37,607 nucleotides of DNA from Bacteroidota bacterium (lineage in GTDB: Bacteria; Bacteroidota; Bacteroidia; UKL13-3). A model generated the notes under the pieces. That model had not been told where the DNA came from. It made no database searches and saw nothing but the letters and a program-made list of their open reading frames with translations. Below are positions 30,267-37,607 of the stretch, piece by piece (within the stretch, counting starts at the first letter, position 1; each line of letters begins with the position of its first letter). The translations under genes and the position numbers were made by a program. The stretch covers positions 1 to 37,607 of the forward strand of contig RGVD01000001.1 in the NCBI GenBank assembly GCA_010027395.1, in the 5' to 3' direction.

Positions 30267-31126
30267 GAGTTATTGAAATAAGTGAATGTGCTCTTTTGCT
30301 AATTAAAACTTTTCGCAAATTTAGATTAGTTTTCTTCTTTATATTCTTAATACTTTCAATTACAAATAATACAAAAGGACAGACAAATACTTTTAATTTA
30401 ATTGCAACTATTTCTGTAGAACCAAAAGAAATCCAATCTGACCGGATGGGCAATGTATATGTCATTTCAAAAACTAACCAGCTTTATAAATACAGTTCAA
30501 CTGGTAAGCTCTTAGGCACTCTTAACTATAATTACTCTGGAAATATTACCTCTCTTGATGTAAGTAACCCTTTAGAGATATATGTATTTTATAGAGAGTT
30601 AAACAGCATCGTTTTTTTAGATAACAACCTTGCCTTTCGTGGTGATATACAATTAAGCAATTATGGTATTGGTCAATCTTCAAGCATTGCACGAAGTTTT
30701 GATAATGGTATTTGGGTTTTTGATGTAGTGGATTTACAAGTTAAGAAATTAAGTAAAGATGGTTCCACAACACTGCAAAGTGCGAATGTTAGGCAATTTA
30801 CGCAAGCTAATTCCATCATGCCTACTTATATGTATGATAACAATGATAGATTATATGTGAATGACTCAGCTCTTGGTATCTTGGTATTTGATGTGTTTGC
30901 AAATTACATTAAAACCATTCCCCTTAAAGGGATTGTTGATTTCAAGATATTAGGGGATGATTTATATTTCTGTAAAAACAAGGTCCTATATGACTATAAC
31001 CTAAAGGGTCTTTTGCAAAAGTCTATTCAGCTGCCTGATAGTATTTCAATTTCCGATTGTAGTATAGAGAAAGATAGGCTTTACCTATCGAAAGACAATT
31101 TTGTTGAGATCTTTGAAATACGATAA
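30263..31126 (+). CDS. Hypothetical exported protein, probably beta-propeller-like
   Basis: 287 aa. The ATG overlaps the lpxH stop (ATGA). There is an N-terminal hydrophobic anchor or signal (LVFFFIFLILSI), then repeated short beta-strand-like units (GNVYVISK.., NGIWVFD.., DRLYVND.., DDLYFCK.., DRLYLSK). Confidence 0.6.
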   Translation: MRVIEISECALLLIKTFRKFRLVFFFIFLILSITNNTKGQTNTFNLIATISVEPKEIQSDRMGNVYVISKTNQLYKYSSTGKLLGTLNYNYSGNITSLDVSNPLEIYVFYRELNSIVFLDNNLAFRGDIQLSNYGIGQSSSIARSFDNGIWVFDVVDLQVKKLSKDGSTTLQSANVRQFTQANSIMPTYMYDNNDRLYVNDSALGILVFDVFANYIKTIPLKGIVDFKILGDDLYFCKNKVLYDYNLKGLLQKSIQLPDSISISDCSIEKDRLYLSKDNFVEIFEIR

Positions 31127-31144
31127 AGTTAACCAGACTAAAAT

Positions 31145-31178
31145 AAAAAAGCCCAAAACAATTGTTTCGGGCTTTTTT
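31145..31178. terminator. Bidirectional intrinsic terminator between the hypothetical gene (+) and tsf (-)
   Basis: Stem GCCCAAAAC (31151-31159) / GTTTCGGGC (31164-31172, one G-U pair on the minus strand, A-C mismatch on the plus), loop AATT, with an A-run on the left and a T-run on the right. Confidence 0.75.
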
Positions 31179-31196
31179 ATTCAATATTGTGTTGAA

Positions 31197-32027
31197 TTAT
31201 CCTAATGCTACTCTTTTGAAAGCTTTTACTGTTAATCCTTTTTCAACACCATCTAACATTTGTGAAACAGTTTTGCTACCATCTTTCACAAAATCTTGGT
31301 TAAGTAAAGTTGATTCTTTATAGAATTTACCCAATTTCCCCTCAGCAATTTTTTCTACCATGTTTTCAGGTTTTCCTTCTGCACGAATTTGCTCTTTAGC
31401 AATTTCTAATTCGCGCTCAATAGTTGTAGCATCTACGCCATCTTTATCAATTGCAACTGGATTTAAAGCTGCAATTTGCATAGCTACGTCTTTACCAGCT
31501 ACAAAGTTATTTTCACTAGGAGATGCATTTAATGATACCAAAACACCTAAACGATTAGCACCATGAATGTATGCAACAATATTGTCGCCTTCTACCAATT
31601 CGTATTTAACTACATCAATTTTCTCACCTATTTTACCCACTTGCTCAATTAGTTTGTCAGATAAAGGTAGACCATCTAATTCAATGGCTTTTAATGCTTC
31701 TGCAGATTCTGGTTTATTAGCCAAAGCTAAGTCAGCTATTTGGTTGGCAAATTTTACGAAATCTTCGTTTTTCGCAACGAAATCAGTCTCACAGCTTAAT
31801 TGTATAATTACTCCATATCTCTTATCAGCTGAAGTTTTTGCAATTACTGCACCTTCTTTTGCCTCTCTATCAGCTCTTGCTGCTGATACTTTTGCACCTT
31901 TTTTTCTTAAATAGTCAATGGCTGCCTCAAAGTCTCCGTTGCTTTCAGTTAAGGCTTTTTTGCAATCCATCATTCCTGCACCAGTCAATTGGCGAAGTTT
32001 ATTTACGTCTGCTGCTGTTATGCTCAT
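31197..32027 (-). CDS. tsf: Translation elongation factor Ts
   Basis: 276 aa with VNKLRQLTGAGMMDCKKAL (UBA-like N-terminus), SCETDFVAKNEDF, and the dimerisation/C-terminal module intact. Confidence 0.95.
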   Translation of the reverse strand: MSITAADVNKLRQLTGAGMMDCKKALTESNGDFEAAIDYLRKKGAKVSAARADREAKEGAVIAKTSADKRYGVIIQLSCETDFVAKNEDFVKFANQIADLALANKPESAEALKAIELDGLPLSDKLIEQVGKIGEKIDVVKYELVEGDNIVAYIHGANRLGVLVSLNASPSENNFVAGKDVAMQIAALNPVAIDKDGVDATTIERELEIAKEQIRAEGKPENMVEKIAEGKLGKFYKESTLLNQDFVKDGSKTVSQMLDGVEKGLTVKAFKRVALG

Positions 32028-32065
32028 GTTAATTTATTATTATTTTTTTATAATTGATATTGTAT

Positions 32066-32112
32066 TAAAAAAAAAGAATTTGAAAGTTTACAGAATGTAA
32101 GTTTCAAATTCT
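32066..32112 (-). terminator. Intrinsic terminator/attenuator in the rpsB-tsf spacer
   Basis: 11-bp stem AGAATTTGAAA (32075-32085) / TTTCAAATTCT (32102-32112). On the transcribed (minus) strand the hairpin is followed by a U9 tract (A9 at 32066-32074). Confidence 0.65.
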
Positions 32113-32141
32113 CTTTTTATCAAACTGTTTGCTTTTGATTG

Positions 32142-32882
32142 TTATGCTTCTTCAGCTATAACTCCTTTTTCAGCATCAGTCTCTTCTTTTTCTTTTTTAC
32201 GTTCGCTCATTCCTTCCAGAATAGCATCTGTAATGTATTTAGCAATCAATGCAATTGATTTTGCTGCGTCATCATTGGCTGGAATAGGGTAATCTACTAC
32301 AGTAGGGTCAGAGTTAGTATCAACCACACCAAAAGTAGGAATGTTTAATCGATGCGCTTCTGCTACTGCAATGTGTTCACGTTTGATGTCAACAATAAAT
32401 AAAGCTGCAGGTAAGCGATTCATATCAGAAATACCACCTAAAAGTCTATGTAATTTTTCTTTTTCGCGCTCAATCATCAAACGCTCTTTTTTGTTGATGT
32501 TAACGTAGGTTCCATCAGTGCTCATTTTATCAAGCGTTTGTAACTTCTTAATAGATTTACGCACAGTAGGGAAGTTTGTTAACATACCACCTAACCAACG
32601 CTCAGTTACGAAAGGCATATTTACACGTTTTGCTTCTGTTTCAATAATTTCTTTAGCTTGCTTTTTAGTAGCTACGAACATTATTTTACGTCCACTTTTG
32701 ATTATATTTTTGATAGCTTGTGAAGCTTCATCAAGCTTTACAGCCGTTTTTTGTAAATCTATAAGGTGAATACCATTTTTCTCCATAAAAATATACGGAG
32801 CCATTTTTGGATTCCATTTGCGAGTAAGGTGACCAAAGTGAACACCTGCTTCCAACAATTCTTCTGTACTAATTCTAGACAT
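32142..32882 (-). CDS. rpsB: 30S ribosomal protein S2
   Basis: 246 aa with [21 protein letters not shown] and VVDTNSDP, plus an acidic tail. Confidence 0.96.
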   Translation of the reverse strand: MSRISTEELLEAGVHFGHLTRKWNPKMAPYIFMEKNGIHLIDLQKTAVKLDEASQAIKNIIKSGRKIMFVATKKQAKEIIETEAKRVNMPFVTERWLGGMLTNFPTVRKSIKKLQTLDKMSTDGTYVNINKKERLMIEREKEKLHRLLGGISDMNRLPAALFIVDIKREHIAVAEAHRLNIPTFGVVDTNSDPTVVDYPIPANDDAAKSIALIAKYITDAILEGMSERKKEKEETDAEKGVIAEEA

Positions 32883-32900
32883 CTTTTTTTATAATAAATA

Positions 32901-33287
32901 TTAACGCTTAACAAATTGGAAACGCTTACGAGCTTTTTTCTGACCTGGTTTTTTACGCTCAACCATACGTGGATCACGAGTTGTAAGGTCTGATGCTTTC
33001 AATGCAGGTTTTAATTCAGCATTGTATTTAACCAATGCACGGGTAATTCCTAGACTAACAGCACCTGCTTGTCCAGCGGTACCACCACCATTAACATGAA
33101 CAGTTACGTCAAATTGACCCATCGTGTTAGTTACTTCAAATGGCTTTAAAGCAGCATTTTGCAATGTTAAAGATGCAAAATACGTCTTGATATCTTTTTT
33201 GTTAATTGTAACCTGGCCCGTACCAGCTGTTAAGTATACGCGGGCAATTGCGGTTTTACGTCTTCCTAATGCGTTATTGATTTCCAT
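32901..33287 (-). CDS. rpsI: 30S ribosomal protein S9
   Basis: 128 aa with GRRKTAIARV, GGG..GQAGA and C-terminal KKARKRFQFVKR. Confidence 0.96.
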   Translation of the reverse strand: MEINNALGRRKTAIARVYLTAGTGQVTINKKDIKTYFASLTLQNAALKPFEVTNTMGQFDVTVHVNGGGTAGQAGAVSLGITRALVKYNAELKPALKASDLTTRDPRMVERKKPGQKKARKRFQFVKR

Positions 33288-33296
33288 TTGTCTTTA

Positions 33297-33740
33297 TTAA
33301 AATGTTAATGGTTTTGGTTGTTGTGCTCCATGCGGATGTTCAGCACCTTGATATACATGTAAATTACGGAACATTTCACTACCTAGTTTGGTTTTAGGTA
33401 ACATCCCTTTAATTGCATGCTCAACTACATAAGTTGGTCTGCGGCTAAGTAATTGTTTAGCAGTTTCGGTACGCAATCCTCCAGGGTGACCAGAATAGAA
33501 ACTATATTCTTTTTCTGATAATTTATTTCCTGTCAAACGAACTTTATCTGCATTTACAACTATAATACAATCTCCACAGTCAGCGTGTGGTGTAAAACTA
33601 GCTTTGTGCTTACCGCGCAACATACTTGCTACCTTGCTGGCAAATCTACCCAAGGTTAATCCTTCAGCATCAACAACGAACCAATTTTTGGTAACTGTTG
33701 CTTTATTAGCTGATATTGTTTTGTAACTTAATGAATCCAC
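33297..33740 (-). CDS. rplM: 50S ribosomal protein L13
   Basis: 147 aa with NWFVVDAEG..LGR.AS.VA..LRGKHK..FTPH.D.GD and GMLPK.KLG. Confidence 0.96.
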   Translation of the reverse strand: MDSLSYKTISANKATVTKNWFVVDAEGLTLGRFASKVASMLRGKHKASFTPHADCGDCIIVVNADKVRLTGNKLSEKEYSFYSGHPGGLRTETAKQLLSRRPTYVVEHAIKGMLPKTKLGSEMFRNLHVYQGAEHPHGAQQPKPLTF

Positions 33741-33766
33741 TACTATTCTCTTTTAATTAGGGGTGG

Positions 33767-33801
33767 CAAAAATAGGGGATGATTTATTAATTCACAACAA
33801 A
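33767..33801 (-). promoter_or_regulatory. Candidate sigmaA promoter for the rplM-rpsI-rpsB-tsf operon
   Basis: Plus-strand CAAAAATA (33767-33774) is TATTTTTG on the minus strand (TAnnTTTG), 27 nt upstream of the rplM ATG. The nearest -33-like TTTG (CAAA at 33798-33801) is 23 nt away, longer than the ideal spacing. Confidence 0.35.
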
Positions 33802-33858
33802 ATGTTAAAAAAGTTGATAAACTTGTTTTTTGCTTGATTATGAGGTGCAAATAAAGTT

Positions 33859-34353
33859 TTAATAGCCCACTTTTACAAATTTTTGATAACGATAGGCACC
33901 TTTTCCGTTGTAAACGATCATAATGTAAACACCAACTTGCCAACTTATAAACTCACTTATTTGCAACTCAATTCGCTTTTGTGGTGGTAAGGTTCTGTAG
34001 TACATTATTTTTCCGTATGTGTCAACAATATTTAAGGTAGCTGGGAAATCTATATTTTGAACCAATACAAAGTTTAAAAAACTCTCGTTGGTTACAATTG
34101 TGGGTAAAATATCAAATTCGAAACCACTGCAAGGACCATCAGCCGTCCAATAGTTTACACCATTTTTATATTTTGCATCACAATCATTTCGGTAAGTTTT
34201 TCCATTGCATCCACAAACGGGATAAAATGTTGGATCTGGACATGGATAATAGGGAGATATCCTAAGTGAATCAACACATGGTTGTGCTTTTATCGAACTT
34301 TGATGTACCATGAAAAGCAAAACGCTAAACAGTATGTAAACTAATTTCTTCAA
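33859..34353 (-). CDS. Small secreted protein: Kazal-like Cys-rich domain plus T9SS type-A C-terminal sorting domain
   Basis: 164 aa with a TTG start and signal peptide KKLVYILFSVLLFMVHQSSIKA/QP. The Kazal-like core is C-x11-CPDPTFYPVCGCNGKTYRNDCDAKY...GPC. The C-terminal ~80 aa (FDILPTIVTNESF..ATLNIVDTYGKIMYY...QISEFISWQVGVYIMIV...QKFVKV) fits the Por/T9SS CTD pattern. A -7-like TAAATTTG (plus-strand CAAATTTA, 34370-34377) lies just upstream. Confidence 0.7.
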   Translation of the reverse strand: MKKLVYILFSVLLFMVHQSSIKAQPCVDSLRISPYYPCPDPTFYPVCGCNGKTYRNDCDAKYKNGVNYWTADGPCSGFEFDILPTIVTNESFLNFVLVQNIDFPATLNIVDTYGKIMYYRTLPPQKRIELQISEFISWQVGVYIMIVYNGKGAYRYQKFVKVGY

Positions 34354-34420
34354 TAGATTTTTTGATTTTCAAATTTAGCAATAATATCTAAGTATATAAT
34401 TAGTAGTTAAAAACCCCCTA

Positions 34421-37400
34421 CTAAAATAATTTTAAAGGCTTAGGGTCTTTTAAATGTTGACAAGCTTTAATCTTTTTATAAAGATCATCCGGGTCAAATG
34501 GTTTTGTGATATAGTCATTCATTCCCACTTCCATTACTTTTTGTTTTTTTTATCTTTTAATCGAATAGCGATAGTTGCTTCATATCCATCCATCACTGGC
34601 ATTTGCAAATCCATTAATATTAAATCATACCTATTTTTGTGATGCATGTCTATCGCGATAGCACCATTTTTGGCAACATCATATACAATGTCCCAATTTT
34701 TTAAAAAACGAACAACCACAAATATATTTATGTCATTATCTTCTACTAGAAGTATTTTAATACCAGTAAGAGGTTCTATTTTGAGCTGCTTTTTAGGTTC
34801 AATAATTAGATTTATTTGATCACTTTTAATAAATCTTAAGTCAAAAAAGAATTTTGTTCCCACCCCGACAATACTCTCAACCGAAATTTGGCTATCAAAT
34901 AGTTCAATTAACTTTTTGGTAATAGCTAATCCTAAGCCAGTACCCCCGTATTTGCGGGTAGTATCGCTACTTGCTTGAATAAAATGTTCAAATATGAATG
35001 GTATTTTGTCTGGCTGTATACCAATTCCTGTATCGCTAATACAAAAGTTTATGATGGTGCTTTCAGAAGTATTCTCCTTTACTTTTGCTTCAAGATAGAT
35101 ATTTCCAATTTCAGTAAACTTTATTGCATTGCTAATTAAATTGGTAATGATTTGAGCTACTCTAATTGGATCTCCGATTAAAATTTGTGGTAATTCAGAG
35201 TCTATTTGTAAGTGAAATTTTAGGCCTTTTTCCTCTACTTTTGAAATGAATGATTGTTTAATATTTACTAATAATTGGCTTAAGTTAAATTCAGTGCTTT
35301 CAAGTTCAATCTTACCTGCATCAATCTTGCTGAAGTCTAAAATATCGTTAATTAAGTACATTAAACTCTCTGCCGAAAATTTAAGAGTTTGCAAACTTTC
35401 TAATTGCTCCTGAGTTGGATTTTCATTTAGTAATAAATTAGCAATACCGATTACAGCATTCATGGGTGTCCTAATTTCATGGCTCATGGTAGAAAGGAAC
35501 AAGCCCTTGGCTTTGGCTGCAGCCTCAGCCATTTCTTTTGCTTGAATCAATTGCTCTTCAATCAGCTTGATGCCACTAATATCTCTTATGGCACCATCAA
35601 AATAGTAATTCCCATTTTCGTTTTCAATGCATATGGTACTAATTAGACCCCAGAAAATTTCACCAGATTTTTTTCTAAGCAATACCTCCTTATTATGTAT
35701 GGTTTTTTGTTGCAGTAGTTCTTTAATAACAACATCACGATCTTGGTGAGAATCATATAATTCATGAATAGGTGTTTTTATTGCCTCTTCAAATGAATTG
35801 AAACCGAACATATCTATAAACGACTTATTAATGTATATTAGCCCTTCATTCTTGCTGCTTCTATATATAGCTTCAGTAATATTTTGATTAATTGATCGTA
35901 ATAATTCTTCGTTATTTTTCGACTTTTCTTCTAGTTCTTTTAAATGGTTAATATCGGTTATTGTGCCAATAAAACGCTTGGGTGTTCCATCTTGGTTGTA
36001 TTCAGCAATTTTTCCTCTATCTAACACCCAAGTGTAGTTACCATCTTTACAGCTAATACGATATTCCGTTTGATAAAATTCAGTAATCCCTTCTATATGT
36101 TTTTTGAATGTCAATAATGCGTTTTGAATATCTTTTGGGTGTACAGACTTCTCCCACGCTAATGTTGAATTATCAAATTCGTTTTCATCATATCCCAGCA
36201 TTTTTTTAAATACTGGTGAGTAATAAATTACATTTGATGATAGGTCTAAATCCCAAACTCCATCTCTACTGCCTGTTAAGGCATAGTTCCATCTTTTTTC
36301 TGCACTTATTAAGTTATCTTGTACTTTTTTTATTTCTGTAATATTCTCAAGGATACCAATGATTTGTTCGGGTTCGCCAGCTTCATTGTATATCGGTATT
36401 TTTATTGTTTTAGCTATGATTAGTCCAGTGGGTGTATTTACGTTTAAGTTGTCTATTATTAATGGTTCCTTTGATTCAAGAACAATTGAATCAGTATCTA
36501 TAAAGTCATCTAAGTCCTCATTTATTTTAAAAATATCGAAGTCCGTTTTGCCAATTACATCATTGTTTTTCAAGCCAAACATTTTCTCTAACTCGCTATT
36601 CCAAATGGTATATTTGAGGTTTTTAGAGACATCTTTTGAGAAAATACCTACTGGTAAATTATTAATTAGTTGGTTTAAAAATTCTTTTTGTCTGAGTGTT
36701 TCTAACTCATTGTTTTTTCTTGATGTGATTTCTTCTAGTTTTATTGAAATTCTTGGCTCTTCATCATTTATTAAAGAAATATTTGCCAAAAACCAGAGTT
36801 TATTATCTTTTACAGTTAATTCAAATTCATATTTAATTGCCTCACCTGAGATAAACACTTTGCTAATAAGATCATCGAACTTAGCGCCCAAATCTGCATT
36901 TCCAAATTCAATAACTTTTCTTCCTTTGATTTCATTTAATGGATCATCAAGTTTTGAATTGTCGTTACTCCAAACATTAATAATGGTGTGATTTGAATCT
37001 ATTTCTAAAAGAATATCATCAAATGATTGTAAGATGAGTGATAAGTTTCTTTCACGTTCCAATATTTCTTTTTCATACTCTTTGAAGGCGGTAATATCAT
37101 TGCTTGTAACAAACAGACCTGTTACAATATCGTTTTCTTTGATAGGTGTAAACGAATATTCTAATATTCTAATTCCTGCTTTGACATGATATAACAATTC
37201 ACTTTTGAAAGTTTCTCCAGCAAAGGTTTTGTCATAGTTTTTACGCCAAAATTTATAGTCATCCTTTCTCAATCCTTCAAGTACATTTTCGCCTAAACTA
37301 ATTTTTCTGCCATATTCTAATTCATAAGTAGAAAGTACCGTGTCATTTGCACTTGTTAATTTGTACTGCAAATCAATGCTCCAAATCATATTATTCGAAC

Positions 37401-37607
37401 CGCCAATAAGAGTGAGCAGTTTTGCCTCGTTCGATGTGCCTTCTCGCTTTGATTTTAAGGCATTATTAAGAAATAAATTTAATAAATATAAACTTAAAAA
37501 AATTGAAATAGATAGATTTAGTAGGTATAAATTATGATTTTGTGGTTTCGGAATTTGAAGCCCAAGTTTGGGTGGTATATCTGTAAAATTTACTAAACAA
37601 AATATCG
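34421..37607 (-). pseudogene. Multi-PAS hybrid sensor histidine kinase (5' end outside the window) with a disrupted C-terminal receiver domain
   Basis: The minus-strand frame is open from the window edge (37607) to the stop at 34534; the track ORF begins at an internal Met, 37389. The extra upstream part encodes a TM helix (LYLLNLSISIFLSLYLLNLFL). Several PAS/PAC modules follow, then H-box SHEIRTPMNAV, N-box NLISNAIKFT, and G-boxes DTGIGI and GGTGLGLAI. The receiver is KILLVEDNDIN...DLILMDLQMPVMDGYEATIAIR and stops as ..IRLKDKKNKK* at a T8/A8 run. Its conserved end (KVMEVGMNDYITKPFDPDDLYKKI..) continues in another frame, 34549..34421. Confidence 0.85.

Noticed and set aside
36359-36991. 210-aa plus-strand ORF inside the histidine-kinase gene. 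Similar antisense ORFs occur at 8368..8703, 13559..13930, 18483..18902, 22754..23128, 31567..31914 and 10327..10662.
   Set aside because: All lie antisense to genes with strong family motifs. They have Ser/Phe/Ile/Leu-rich low-complexity translations typical of the reverse frame of AT-rich coding DNA and carry no recognisable motifs.
1-37607. Search for defence systems, toxin-antitoxin pairs, CRISPR repeats, IS elements, integrases, tRNA genes and compositional islands
   Set aside because: No regularly spaced repeats, no transposase- or recombinase-like ORFs, no small paired ORFs and no obvious compositional break were seen. The gene content is core housekeeping throughout, so I do not claim a novel multi-gene system in this window.

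Overview
AT-rich (mid-30s % GC by eye, not computed) chromosomal core segment that I assign to a Bacteroidota bacterium. The grounds are a short primary sigma factor without region 1.1, T9SS type-A and type-B C-terminal sorting domains, BshA, and TTTG-N19-TAnnTTTG promoter-like motifs. There are about 26 genes at high coding density, nearly all housekeeping: thymidine kinase, a fused 2-oxoacid dehydrogenase E1 alpha/beta, rpoD, an M1 peptidase, purK, bshA, a rhomboid protease, an EEP-family protein, an IscA/ErpA-type Fe-S carrier, rpsT, a 1662-aa T9SS adhesin-like protein, pyrH, a YfhO-family membrane protein, ftsH, a LUD-domain protein, lpxH, the rplM-rpsI-rpsB-tsf operon, a small Kazal-like T9SS cargo protein, and a multi-PAS hybrid histidine kinase that runs off the right edge. 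I recognise no rRNA/tRNA, CRISPR array, transposase/integrase, prophage or defence/accessory island, and I cannot honestly point to a new multi-gene system here. The most unusual observation is a pattern: five genes (a TolB/Omp85-like outer-membrane protein, rpoD, purK, ftsH, the hybrid kinase) carry short internal gaps and/or frameshifts. In three of them the missing stretch removes a conserved motif (sigma region 2.2-2.3, the AAA+ sensor-1 AATNR block, receiver beta4-alpha4). This is either genuine gene decay or variant alleles, or a consensus/assembly artefact, and it needs read-level checking. The second observation is a ~240-nt G+C-enriched, highly self-complementary intergenic stretch between two convergent genes (3712-3947) that looks like an unassigned structured RNA.
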